From the NCBI GenBank assembly GCA_002269645.1, contig NIVC01001833.1, positions 124,001 to 188,000 of the forward strand: DNA of 64,000 nucleotides, written 5' to 3'. Position numbers and translations under genes: made by a program. The notes under the pieces were generated by a model. It was not told the origin of the DNA. It did not search any database and saw only the letters and a list, made by a program, of their open reading frames with translations. The DNA comes from Macrostomum lignano. Its lineage: Eukaryota. This document shows positions 20,430 through 43,499 of the stretch, in pieces. Position 1 is the stretch's first letter. Each line of letters begins with the position of its first letter.

Positions 20430-22600
20430 GTGGGCGATTCTCAAGGAAATTTAGGGGCGATTCTCAAGGAGATTTGGGGGCGATTCTCAAGGAGATTTGG
20501 GGGCGATTCTCAAGGAGATTTGGGGGCGATTCTCAAGGAGATTTGGGGGCGATTCTCAAGGAGATTTGGGGGCGATTCTCAAGGAGATTTGGGGGCGATT
20601 CTCAAGGAGATTTGGGGGCGATTCTCAAGGAGATTTGGGGGCGATTCTCAAGGAGATTTGGGGGCGATTCTCAAGGAGATTTGGGGGCGATTCTCAAGGA
20701 GATTTGGGGGCGATTCTCAAGGAGATTTGGGGGCGATTCTCAAGGAGATTTGGGGGCGATTCTCAAGGAGATTTGGGGGCGATTCTCAAGGAGATTTGGG
20801 GGCGATTCTCAAAGAAATTTGGGGCGATTCTCAAGGAGATTTGGGGGCGATTCTCAAGGAGATTTGGGGGCGATTCTCAAGGAGATTTGGGGGCGATTCT
20901 CAAAGAAATTTGGGGCGATTCTCAAGGAAATTTGGGGGCGATTCTCAAGAAGACTCGGCCGATTCTCAATTACTCTGGGCGATTCTCGAGGAGACTCTGG
21001 GAAGATTCTCAAGGAGATTCGGGGGCGATTTTCAAGAAGACTCAGGGCGATTCTAAGGTGAGATTAAGGGGTGATTCTCAGGTGAGATTGAAGAACGATT
21101 CTAAGGTGAGATTGAGGGCCGATTCTATGGTGAGATTGAGGGGCGATTCTCAGGTGAGATTGAGGGGCGGTTCTCAGGTGAGATTGAGGGCCGATTCTCA
21201 TGTGCGATTGAGGGGCGGTTCTCAGGTGAGATTGAAGAACGATTCTAAGGTGAGATTGTGGGCCGATTCTCAGGTGAGATTGAGGGGCGGTTCTCAGGTG
21301 AGATTGAGGGGCGGTTCTCAGGTGAGATTGAGGGCCGATTCTCATGTGCGATTGAGGGGCGGTTCTCAGGTGAGATTGAAGAACGATTCTAAGGTGAGAT
21401 TGTGGGCCGATTCTCAGGTGAGATTGAGGGGCGGTTCTCAGGTGAGATTGAGGGGCGGTTCTCAGGTGAGATTGAGGGCCGATTCTCATGTGCGATTGAG
21501 GGGCGGATCTCAGGTGAGATTGAAGAACGATTCTAAGGTGAGATTGTGGGCCGATTCTCAGGTGAGATTGAGGGGCGGTTCTCAGGTGAGATTGTGGGCC
21601 GATTCTCAGGTGAGATTGAGGGGCGGTTCTCAGGTGAGATTGTGGGCCAATTCTCAGGTGAGATTGAGGGGCGGTTCTCAGGTGAGATTGAGGGGCGGTT
21701 CTCAGGTGAGATTGAGGGGCGGTTCTCAGGTGAGATTGAAGAACGATTCTAAGGTGAGATTGTGGGCCGATTCTCAGGTGAGATTGAGGGGCGGTTCTCA
21801 GGTGAGATTGAGGGGCGGTTCTCAGGTGAGATTGAGGGCCGATTCTCATGTGCGATTGAGGGGCGGTTCTCAGGTGAGATTGAAGAACGATTCTAAGGTG
21901 AGATTGTGGGCCGATTCTCAGGTGAGATTGAGGGGCGGTTCTCAGGTGAGATTGAGGGGCGGTTCTCAGGTGAGATTGAGGGCCGATTCTCATGTGCGAT
22001 TGAGGGGCGGATCTCAGGTGAGATTGAAGAACGATTCTAAGGTGAGATTGTGGGCCGATTCTCAGGTGAGATTGAGGGGCGGTTCTCAGGTGAGATTGTG
22101 GGCCGATTCTCAGGTGAGATTGAGGGGCGGTTCTCAGGTGAGATTGTGGGCCGATTCTCAGGTGAGATTGAGGGGCGGTTCTCAGGTGAGATTGAGGGGC
22201 GGTTCTCAGGTGAGATTGAGGGCCGATTCTCATGTGCGATTGAGGGGCGGTTCTCAGGTGAGATTGAAGAACGATTCTAAGGTGAGATTGTGGGCCGATT
22301 CTCAGGTGAGATTGAGGGGCGGTTCTCAGGTGAGATTGTGGGGCGATTCTCAGGTGAGATTGAGGGGCGGTTCTCAGGTGAGATTGAGGGGCGGTTCTCA
22401 GGTGAGATTGAGGGGCGGTTCTCAGATGAGATTGTGGGCCGATTCTCAGGTGAGATTGAGGGGCGGTTCTCAGATGAGATTGTGGGCCGGTTCTCAGGTG
22501 AGATTGAGGGGCGGTTCTCAGATGAGATTGTGGGCCGATTCTCAGGTGAGATTGAGGGGCGATTCTCAGGTGAGATTTTGGGCCGATTCTCAGGTGAGGT
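20430..22600. repeat. Compound array: 23-bp GGGGCGATTCTCAAGGAGATTTG (20430-21050) grading into 24-bp GGGGCGGTTCTCAGGTGAGATTGA (21050-22600)
   Basis: Directly visible; source of the 701-aa and 529-aa artefactual ORFs. Confidence 0.95.
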
Positions 22601-23939
22601 AACAACATGCAGTGCTGTAATGATGAGGTTTGGGTAGAGAACTGACACTCCATATTACGTTTTCCAAGTGTCCTTGGCGCAGTCCATGCAGCTCCAGCTC
22701 GATGCTCCCCTCGTCAACTGATCTACGTGACTGAAGAAGGAAAAAAATTGTTTGACAAATTTCAAGTTACTCTTCTTACACAACGTGCGGTGGCCAAGCC
22801 ATTGAGTGGGGGGGGGGGTTCGCTGTTTATAACTTCATGCTATCAGTGTGTTTGGTTGGCTGGGCACGGGGCTTGGGTGTACATGTGTTTAGAGGCTGTT
22901 ATAAAGAGTTCAGGCAAGTAAAATCAGTTTTCTTTTTTCCAATTTTGGTTCTAAAACTGAAGTTGGTTTATTCGATATTGGAGTGCTAAACATGGAGCTT
23001 TTGGGTGCCTATTAATCTATAAATTTTAGTGCCTTAGTGCATCAGGTGTCCAGGAGGTCAAAGCAGCCACCCTGAGTGATAATTCCGGCCTCTATAGTCC
23101 TCCCAAGTCGACATCCCCTTGGTTATGCAATGCAGCACCGTTTAATACCAAATCGAGAGCTTTACTGATCTCATGCCACCCATGAAGAGTGAAATTGAAA
23201 ACTCTGTGTCGGTGATTTTTTCACCTGCCCGCCTGGATAATTGATGAGGTCGCTACTTTAATTCATCGCGCGAAATCAATTGGCCGACCCATGCAGTGTG
23301 TTAGCGGGCAAGTCTTGATAGATAAGTGAGAGAAAGACAAAGACAAGGAGAGACATCAAGTGGCTTAGAAAGATTAAACCTTGAGACAAAATGAATTTGG
23401 TGGAAATTAATTATTCAATAAGGATTACTGGATGAGCACCCGATGTAAACTGCCAACCCTGCCGTGTATACCAGTTTGTTTTAGTCAGCGAAAGTGGTCC
23501 CAGCCGAGTTGGCAAGAGGCTGGGATGTGGACGCCGGGACCTGGGGGTTAGAGTGAACTGCTGTCAACTCAACGGCAACACAGCGCCTGTTTAATTCTTC
23601 AACAAGGTGACGTGACCGTGTCGTAACTGTGGACGCGCGGCAGGAGAGAGCAGAACCCGACAGATGTGGCTCTCCCACACCGGGGGGGGGGGGGGGGGTT
23701 TGAGGCTGGGGAAGTCAGACCCCGGTCTCTGATTGGTTGCCGCTATACGTGGGAAGAAGAAGCGCGGAAGTCTCTTCTCCATCATCATTGAGGTTCCGCG
23801 TGTCCTAGTTTGCTCAACAAAGTTATAAAGACAATAAAAAACTTCAGAGTGAGAGAGAGAGAAAGCCAAATCTGCGTTTGGAAAATTTTCCTTAATAATC
23901 AACAGATCGAGTTTCTATACAATCTGAACACTCTTCAAA

Positions 23940-33906
<9,967 letters not shown>

Positions 33907-34074
33907 TGCTTTTAAATAACTGACTGGATTATAGAAACTGAATTGGAGGAAGTTAAAAATTTTTAATATGATTTTTTAATTTAGCATTCGATGTAACCCC
34001 ATGCATATAATCTGTCTCTGCGTATTCCCCTATCTAATTACTATATAACCAGCTTCATCTCGGCACCCCTAGAA

Positions 34075-34735
34075 ACCCTAACAGTGGCCCTAGCAACCAC
34101 TGATCTATTCTAGCAGCGACCCTAGCAACCACTGACCTATTATATCAGTGGCCCTAGCAACCACTGATCTATTCTAGCAGTGGCCCTAGCAACCACTGAC
34201 CTACTCTAGCAGTGGCCCTAGCAACCACTGACCTATTATATCAGTGGCCCTAGCAACCACTGATCTATTCTAGCAGCGACCCTAGCAACAACTGACCTAT
34301 TCTAGCAGTGGCCCTAGCAACTACTGACCTATTCTAGCAGTGGCCCTAGCAACCACTGACCTATTCTAGCAGTGGCCCTAGCAACCACTGATCTATTCTA
34401 GCAGTGGCCCTAGCAACCACTGACCTATCCTAGCAGTGGCCCTAGCAACCATTGACCTATTATATCAGTGGCCCTAGCAACCACTGACCTATTATATCAG
34501 TGGCCCTAGCAACCACTGACCTATTATATCAGTGGCCCTAGCAACCACTGACCTATCCTAGCAGTGGCCCTAGCAACCACTGACCTATCCTAGCAGTGGC
34601 CCTAGCAACCACTGACCTACTCTAGCAGTGGCCCTAGCAACCACTGACCTATTCTAGCAGCGATCTTAGCAACGTTATTATCGCGTCATTAGCAACCTCT
34701 AACACTGTAAGAAATGGCCCTAGCAACCAGCTGAA
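34075..34735. repeat. 32-34-bp minisatellite (CAGTGGCCCTAGCAACCACTGACCTATTCTAG)
   Basis: Tandem units with an internal CAGTGG/CCACTG inverted repeat. Confidence 0.92.
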
Positions 34736-35389
34736 TTTTGTTCTTTTGTGTGCACTTTAGACAACTAATTTTTTTCTCAAGCGTCCGTAGAAACCATCCA
34801 ACCATTTATTAAATATGCATAAATGTAATACAAGGCTTATATTAAACTTTCTTTCATCGATGTACTTAACTGCTTTGATAAAATCACATATACATTATCA
34901 CAAAAATCTCTTTTCGAATCAATGAATTGATTTTTAATGTCAAATCCTTTGCATTCTACTATTCAAGTAGTAATGATGAAAAAACGTTACTAAATAACAA
35001 TACTGTTTGATAAAATTGCTTAATAATTAATAATCGTTAAAGTGCGGTGTTCTCTATATACATGTATGTGTAAGTTGTAAGAAAACTCACTGCACTTTTA
35101 TTTACTGGTATGTAATTGTTTTCTTCTTGTATTACAATGGCAACATCATTAGATTAATTGATACAATAAAATTTTAGTGATGAAAATAAAGCTATAACAA
35201 AAAAATTGATAATATAGCACTAGCTTTTTTAGCTATGCTTCATTCCTTGTTAAAATAAAATTCACAATTTGAACTGACGGCTTTAAATGTCAAATACAGC
35301 CAATTTTAATCGTTTCACTCTTCATTGCTTTCTTGATCAAATCAACAAATCAAAATATATAGAATTCAAATTGCAATGGGTTTTCTTTC

Positions 35390-36125
35390 ACTGGGATAGA
35401 ATCCCCATCGATAGAACCCAGATAAGTCTCAGTTCCCGATGGGATAAAATCCCCATCGATAGAACCCAGATCAATCCCAATTCCCAATGGGATAAAATCC
35501 CTATCGATAGAACCCAGATCAATCCCAATTCCCAATGGGATAAAATCCCTATCGATAGAACCAAAGTAATCCAACTTCCCAATGGGATAAAATTCACATC
35601 GATAGAACCCAGATAAATCTCACTTTTAGATGGGATAAAATCCTCATCGATAGAACCCAGATAAATCTCACTTTCAGATGGGATAAAATTCACATAGATA
35701 GAACCCATATAAATCCCAGTTCCCGATGGGATAAAATCCTCATCGATGCAACCCAGATAAATCTCACTTTCAGATGGGATAAAATTCACATAGATAGAAT
35801 CCATATAAATCCCAGTTTCCGATGGGATAAAATCCTCATCGATAAAACCCAAATAAATCTCACTTTCAGATGGGATAAAATTCACATCGATAGAACCCAG
35901 ATAAATCCCAGTTCCCGATGGGATAAAATCCCCATCGATAGAACCCAGATAAATCCCAGTTCCCGATGGGATAAAATCCCCATCGATAGAACCCATATAA
36001 ATCCCAGTTCCCGATGGGATAAAATCCTCATCGATAGAACCCAAATAAATCCCAGTTCCCGATGGGATAAAATCCCCATCGATAGAGCTTAGATAATAGA
36101 TCCCACTTCCTAAAGGGATAAATAT
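35390..36125. repeat. 48-bp minisatellite (GATGGGATAAAATCCCCATCGATAGAACCCAGATAAATCCCAGTTCCC)
   Basis: Tandem units (16-aa period in artefactual ORFs); internal GATGGG/CCCATC inverted repeat. Confidence 0.92.
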
Positions 36126-36616
36126 CCCTATTAATAAAGATCTGAATCCTAATTCCTACAGATAGACAAAAATCTGTAAATTCCCTCCCGACCAAAACAA
36201 ATCCTCTGTTTATTCGTATGAGTAATGATATATCAGACTTACCAAGTTACCAATGGTATTATTAACCTATTTACTTATCATAAGGTAGTTGAGCCAGTTC
36301 CAGCTCAACTGGAACTCCCAGTTCCAGCCCCCCAAACCCGAGCAATGGCTCCTCATAAAAAATAGTATAAAACGATAAGAGGTTTTTAAGCAACAGACAG
36401 ATAAGAGGTCGCTCGATTTTATTTTGGTAGGGGATAGGAAAAACATTTCTAAAAGTATTAAGGCGCTCATGGCTTCTTATCTAACATTATTTTTGTCTGA
36501 TAATATTAGTATTTGGCAGTCAAATAGGGGGATCATAACCTGTAGGAGAGCGGGAGACAGACTGCCCAGAAGTCACCTGACAGTTCCTGAAGAACTGTTT
36601 TTTAACCCGCATAATC

Positions 36617-36845
36617 TAGCCTAGTGGTCAGCAGCGTCAGACTCACGACTTGAAGGTCGGGGGCTCGATTCTCGGTCCACTGGAACAGTTTGTGTCCTTG
36701 AGCACTTGACAATTAACTCTGCATTGCTTCAGTTTACCCAGAGCTGTAAAATGGGTGCCAGCATTAGCTGGGGTAATTGACGGTGGTGTGGCGACCCCCC
36801 AGTCCTTGGACTGAACAGCCCAAGCTGTCGGTTGCACAAATGAAA
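36617..36845 (+). mobile_element. tRNA-derived SINE, copy 2 (same family as 4115-4350)
   Basis: TAGCCTAGTGG A-box, degraded B-box GGCTCGATTCT, and shared body ...GCTGTAAAATGGGTGCCAGCATTAGCTGGGGTAATTGA...GTCCTTGGACTGAACAG. Confidence 0.85.
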
Positions 36846-37144
36846 TAGGGCAGGTGAAAAAATGAAAAAATCTTACTTATATTAAGATTCTACTCGGATA
36901 GAAATTAATATAGTCAATTTAGCAGCGTAGATTAGGCTAGGGTAGGGTAGAGTAGGGTAAAGTAGAGCGGAGCATAGTAGAGTGGAGTAGAGTAGCAAAG
37001 GTAAATGATACAGTATACTCGTATTAGAGTAGAATAGGATTACAACTCTGGAATAGAGTACGGTGGAATAGCACATAAATATCTGATAATAAAATAGGAA
37101 ACACGAGTAGCTCTTATATCGATCAGAGAACCAGATTAATCAGA

Positions 37145-40100
37145 TAGCGCCAATCAAGCGTCGCAGGTGAGATTCTAGCGCCAATCAAGCGCCGCAGGTG
37201 AGATTCTAGCGTCAATCAAGCGTCGCAGGTGAGATTCTAGCGCCAATTAAGCGCCGCAGGTGAGATTCTAGCGTCAATTAAGCGCCGCAGGTGAGATTCT
37301 AGCGTCAATTAAACGCCGCAGGTGAGATTCTAGCGTCAATTAAGCGCCGCATGTGAGATTCTAGCGCCAATTAAACGCCGAAGGTGAGATTCAGCGCCAA
37401 TTAAACGCCGAAGGTGAGATTCTAGCACCAATTAAACGCCGCAGGTGAGATTCTGGCGCCAATTAAGTGCCGCATGTGAGATTCTATCTCCAATCAAACG
37501 CCGCAGATGTGACTCTAGCGCCAATTAAACGCCGCAGGTGAGATTCTAGCGCCAATTAAACGCCGAAGGTGAGATTCAGCGCCAATTAAACGCCGAAGGT
37601 GAGATTCTAGCGCCAATTAAACGCCGCAGATGTGACTCTAGCGCCAATTAAACGCCGCAGGTGAGATTCTAGCGCCAATTAAACGCCGAAGGTGAGATTC
37701 AGCGCCAATTAAACGCCGAAGGTGAGATTCTAGCACCAATTAAACGCCGCAGGTGAGATTCAGCGCCAATTAAACGCCGAAGGTGAGATTCTAGCACCAA
37801 TTAAACGCCGCAGGTGAGATTCTAGCGCCAATTAAACGCCGAAGGTGAGATTCTAGCGCCAATTAAGCGCCGCAGGTGAGATTCTAGCTCCGCAGGTGAG
37901 ATTCTTGCTCGGCAGGTGAGATTCTAGCTCTGCAGGTGAGATTCTAGCGTCAATTAAGCGCCGCAGGTGAGATTCTAGCGTCAATTAAGCGCCGCAGGTG
38001 AGATTCTAGCGCCAATCAAGCGCCGCAGGTGAGATTCTAGCGTCAATTAAGCGCCGCAGGTGAGATTCTAGCGCCAATCAAGCGCCGCAGGTGAGATTCT
38101 AGCGTCAATTAAGCGCCGCAGGTGAGATTCTAGCGTCAATTAAGCGCCGCAGGTGAGATTCTAGCGCCAATCAAGCGCCGCAGGTGAGATTCTAGCGCCA
38201 ATCAAGCGCCGCAGGTGAGATTCTAGCGCCAATTAAACGCCGCAGGTGAGATTCTAGCGCCAATTAAACGCCGAAGGTGAGATTCAGCGCCAATTAAACG
38301 CCGAAGGTGAGATTCTAGCACCAATTAAACGCCGCAGGTGAGATTCTAGCGTCAATTAAGCGCCGCAGGTGAGATTCTAGCGTCAATTAAACGCCGCAGG
38401 TGAGATTCTAGCGTCAATTAAACGCCGCAGGTGAGATTCTAGCGCCAATTAAGCGCCGAAGGTGAGATTCAGCGCCAATTAAACGCCGAAGGTGAGATTC
38501 TAGCACCAATTAAACGCCGCAGGTGAGATTCTAGCGTCAATTAAACGCCGCAGGTGAGATTCTAGCGTCAATTAAGCGCCGCAGGTGAGATTCTAGCTCC
38601 GCAGGTGAGATTCTAGCTCGGCAGGTGAGATTCTAGCTCTGCAGGTAAGATTCTAGCGTCAATTAAGCGCCGCAGGTGAGATTCTAGCGTCAATTAAGCG
38701 CCGCAGGTGAGATTCTAGCGCCAATCAAGCGCCGCAGGTGAGATTCTAGCGTCAATTAAGCGCCGCAGGTGAGATTCTAGCGCCAATCAAGCGCCGCAGG
38801 TGAGATTCTAGCGTCAATTAAGCGCCGCAGGTGAGATTCTAGCGTCAATTAAACGCCGCAGGTGAGATTCTAGCGTCAATTAAGCGCCGCATGTGAGATT
38901 CTAGCGCCAATTAAACGCCGAAGGTGAGATTCAGCGCCAATTAAACGCCGAAGGTGAGATTCTAGCACCAATTAAACGCCGCAGGTGAGATTCTGGCGCC
39001 AATTAAGCGCCGCAGGTGAGATTCTAGCGTCAATTAAGCGCCGCAGGTGAGATTCTAGCGCCAATCAAGCGCCGCAGGTAAGATTCTAGCGTCAATTAAG
39101 CGCCGCAGGTGAGATTCTAGCGCCAATTAAACGCCGAAGGTGAGATTCTAGCGCCAATTAAACGCCGCAGATGTGACTCTAGCGCCAATTAAACGCCGCA
39201 GGTGAGATTCTAGCGCCAATTAAACGCCGAAGGTGAGATTCAGCGCCAATTAAACGCCGAAGGTGAGATTCTAGCACCAATTAAACGCCGCAGGTGAAAT
39301 TCTAGCGCCAATTAAACGCCGAAGGTGAGATTCTAGCGCCAATTAAACGCCGCAGGTGAGATTCTAGCGTCAATTAAGCGCCGCAGGTGAGATTCTAGCT
39401 CCGCAGGTGAGATTCTAGCTCGGCAGGTGAGATTCTAGCTCTGCAGGTGAGATTCTAGCGTCAATTAAGCGCCGCAGGTGAGATTCTAGCGTCAATTAAG
39501 CGCCGCTGGTGAGATTCTAGCGCCAATCAAGCGCCGCAGGTGAGATTCTAGCGTCAATTAAGCGCCGCAGGTGAGATTCTAGCGCCAATCAAGCGCCGCA
39601 GGTGAGATTCTAGCGTCAATTAAGCGCCGCAGGTGAGATTCTAGCGTCAATTAAGCGCCGCAGGTGAGATTCTAGCGTCAATTAAGCGCCGCAGGTGAGA
39701 TTCTAGCGCCAATCAAGCGCCGCAGGTGAGATTCTAGCGCCAATTAAACGCCGCAGGTGAGATTCTAGCGCCAATTAAACGCCGAAGGTGAGATTCAGCG
39801 CCAATTAAACGCCGAAGGTGAGATTCTAGCACCAATTAAACGCCGCAGGTGAGATTCTAGCGTCAATTAAGCGCCGCAGGTGAGATTCTAGCGTCAATTA
39901 AACGCCGCAGGTGAGATTCTAGCGTCAATTAAACGCCGCAGGTGAGATTCTAGCGCCAATTAAGCGCCGAAGGTGAGATTCAGCGCCAATTAAACGCCGA
40001 AGGTGAGATTCTAGCACCAATTAAACGCCGCAGGTGAGATTCTAGCGTCAATTAAACGCCGAAGGTGAGATTCTAGCGCCAATTAAACGCCGCAGGTGAG

Positions 40101-42950
40101 ATTCTAGCGTCAATTAAGCGCCGCAGGTGAGATTCTAGCTCCGCAGGTGAGATTCTAGCTCGGCAGGTGAGATTCTAGCTCTGCAGGTGAGATTCTAGCG
40201 TCAATTAAGCGCCGCAGGTGAGATTCTAGCGCCAATCAAGCGCCGCAGGTGAGATTCTAGCGTCAATTATGCGCCGCAGGTGAGATTCTAGCGTCAATTA
40301 AGCGCCGCAGGTGAGATTCTAGCGTCAATTAAGCGCCGCAGGTGAGATTCTAGCGCCAATCAAGCGCCGCAGGTGAGATTCTAGCGCCAATTAAACGCCG
40401 CAGGTGAGATTCTAGCGCCAATTAAACGCCGAAGGTGAGATTCAGCGCCAATTAAACGCCGAAGGTGAGATTCTAGCACCAATTAAACGCCGCAGGTGAG
40501 ATTCTAGCGTCAATTAAGCGCCGCAGGTGAGATTCTAGCGTCAATTAAACGCCGCAGGTGAGATTCTAGCGTCAATTAAACGCCGCAGGTGAGATTCTAG
40601 CGCCAATTAAGCGTCGCCGGTGAGATTCTAGCTCCGCAGGTGAGATTCTAGCTCGGCAGGTGAGATTCTAGCTCCGCAGGTGAGATTCTAGCTCCGCAGG
40701 TAAGATTCTAGCTCCGCAGGTGAGATTATAGCTCGACAGGTGAGATTATAGCTCGGCAGGTGAGATTCTAGCTCGGCAGGTGAGATTCTAGCTACGCAGG
40801 GGAGATTCTAGCGTCAATTAAGCGCCGCAAGTGAGATTCTAGCTCCGCAGGTGAGATTCTAGCTCGGCAGGTGAGATTCTAGCTCGGCAGGTGAGATTCT
40901 AGCTACGCAGGTGAGATTCTAGCGTCAATTAAGCGCCGCAGGTGAGATTCTAGCTCCGCAGGTGAGATTCTAGCGCCAATTAAGCGTCGCAGGTGAGATT
41001 CTAGCGCAAATTAAGCGTCGCAGGTGAGATTCTAGCTCTGCAGGTGAGATTCTAGCTTCGCAGGTGAGATACTAGCTCTGCAGGTGAGATTCTAGCTCTG
41101 CAGGTGAGATTCTAGCTTCGCAGGTGAGATTATAGCTCGACAGGTGAGATTCTAGCTCGGCAGGTGAGATTTTAGCTCGGCAGGTGAGATTCTAGCTACG
41201 CAGGTGAGATTCTAGCGTCAATTAAGCGCCGCAGGTGAGATTCTAGCTCCGCAGGTGAGATTCTAGCGCCAATTAAGCGTCGCAGGTGAGATTCTAGCGC
41301 AAATTAAGCGTCGCAGGTGAGATTCTAGCTCTGCAGGTGAGATTCTAGCTTCGCAGGTGAGATACTAGCTCTGCAGGTGAGATTCTAGCTCTGCAGGTGA
41401 GATTCTAGCTTCGCAGGTGAGATTCTAGCTCGGCAGGTGAGATTCTAGCTACGCAGGTGAGATTCTAGCGTCAATTAAGCGCCGCAGGTGAGATTCTAGC
41501 TCCGCAGGTGAGATTCTAGCGTCAATTAAGCGCCGCAGGTGAGATTCTAGCGCCAATCAAGCGCCGCAGGTGAGATTCTAGCGTCAATTAAGCGCCGCAG
41601 GTGAGATTCTAGCGTCAATTAAGCGCCGCAGGTGAGATTCTAGCGTCAATTAAGCGCCGCAGATGAGATTCTAGCGCCAATTAAACGCCGCAGGTGAGAT
41701 TCTAGCGCCAATTAAACGCCGAAGGTGAGATTCAGCGCCAATTAAACGCCGAAGGTGAGATTCTAGCACCAATTAAACGCCGCAGGTGAGATTCTAGCGT
41801 CAATTAAGCGCCGCAGGTGAGATTCTAGCGTCAATTAAACGCCGCAGGTGAGATTCTAGCGTCAATTAAACGCCGCAGGTGAGATTCTAGCGTCAATTAA
41901 ACGCCGCAGGTGAGATTCTAGCGCCAATTAAGCGTCGCCGGTGAGATTCTAGCTCCGCAGGTGAGATTCTAGCTCGGCAGGTGAGATTCTAGCTCCGCAG
42001 GTGAGATTCTAGCTCGGCAGGTGAGATTCTAGCTCCGCAGGTGAGATTATAGCTCGACAGGTGAGATTCTAGCTCGGCAGGTGAGATTCTAGCTCGGCAG
42101 GTGAGATTCTAGCTCGGCAGGTGAGATTCTAGCTACGCAGGTGAGATTCTAGCGTCAATTAAGCGCCGCAGGTGAGATTCTAGCTCCGCAGGTGAGATTC
42201 TAGCGCCAATTAAGCGTCGCAGGTGAGATTCTAGCGCAAATTAAGCGTCGCAGGTGAGATTCTAGCTCTGCAGGTGAGATTCTAGCTTCGCAGGTGAGAT
42301 ACTAGCTCTGCAGGTGAGATTCTAGCTCTGCAGGTGAGATTCTAGCTTCGGAGGTGAGATTATAGCTCGACAGGTGAGATTCTAGCTCGGCAGGTGAGAT
42401 TCTAGCTCGGCAGGTGAGATTCTAGCTCGGCAGGTGAGATTCTAGCTACGCAGGTGAGATTCTAGCGTCAATTAAGCGCCGCAGGTGAGATTCTAGCTCC
42501 GCAGGTGAGATTCTAGCGCCAATTAAGCGTCGCAGGTGAGATTCTAGCGCAAATTAAGCGTCGCAGGTGAGATTCTAGCTCTGCAGGTGAGATTCTAGCT
42601 TCGCAGGTGAGATACTAGCTCTGCAGGTGAGATTCTAGCTCTGCAGGTGAGATTCTAGCTTCGCAGGTGAGATTCTAGCTCGGCAGGTGAGATTCTAGCT
42701 ACGCAGGTGAGATTCTAGCGTCAATTAAGCGCCGCAGGTGAGATTCTAGCTCCGCAGGTGAGATTCTAGCGTCAATTAAGCGCCGCAGGTGAGATTCTAG
42801 CGCCAATTAAGCGTCGCAGGTGAGATTCTAGCGCAAATTAAGCGTCGCAGGTGAGATTCTAGCTCGGCAGGTGAGATTCTAGCTCTGCAGGTGAGATTCT
42901 AGCTTCGCAGGTGAGATTCTAGCGCCAATTAAGCACCACAAGTGAGATAT
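37145..42950. repeat. Large (~5.8 kb) minisatellite of 31-bp (GCAGGTGAGATTCTAGCGCCAATTAAGCGCC) and 20-bp (GCAGGTGAGATTCTAGCTCC) units
   Basis: Directly visible; variant units recur in higher-order blocks. Confidence 0.97.
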
Positions 42951-43499
42951 CTCGATAATATTTATTAGATCCTTAACAAAACTGATTCAGGACCATCAAA
43001 GAGCAAAAATCAAAATTACAAGTCTGCATGATTCATAAGAAAGAGACTAACCCATATCGTGTAGTGTTTATATTACGCATTTGCTTACTCAAACATACAG
43101 GCTTTCAAGTCACTATAAGAACAAAAAACAGCAGCCTTGATGTAGCTTGTAGCTCTAAAAGGGTGTTTTCTTGCAAAGTAGGGAGTATAATATTTCATGG
43201 AAATAGAATACCAAAAAACTGCAAGTTTCTATCTGAAGACAAGGTCAGGTAATCATCAGAATACTAAAATTCTCAATTATTTTAACATGAAGAAGATAAG
43301 TTTGCTTACCTTATAAATTTGTATTGTATTAATTAAGATAACTAATATGCAGTTTCCAAAAAATGGAAATATCAGATTTCAACTCATCCATTATTAACCT
43401 CAGACCACGAATAAGACCGCGTTCGAGTTCGCGTTCAAAGCAAACAGACAGCGCGTTTATGTTTAATTTAGAACCAGCAATCACACATCAGTCCCTATG

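Noticed and set aside
17905-22600. Foldback-transposon arms formed by the inverted 24-mer arrays
   Set aside because: The enclosed DNA is the native, in-frame DNAAF6 exon 2 and its 3' region; no shared outer termini or TSD seen.
22600-22921. Possible exon or ORF after the 24-mer array
   Set aside because: All frames checked close quickly or give unrecognisable peptides, and no phase-compatible partner exon was found.
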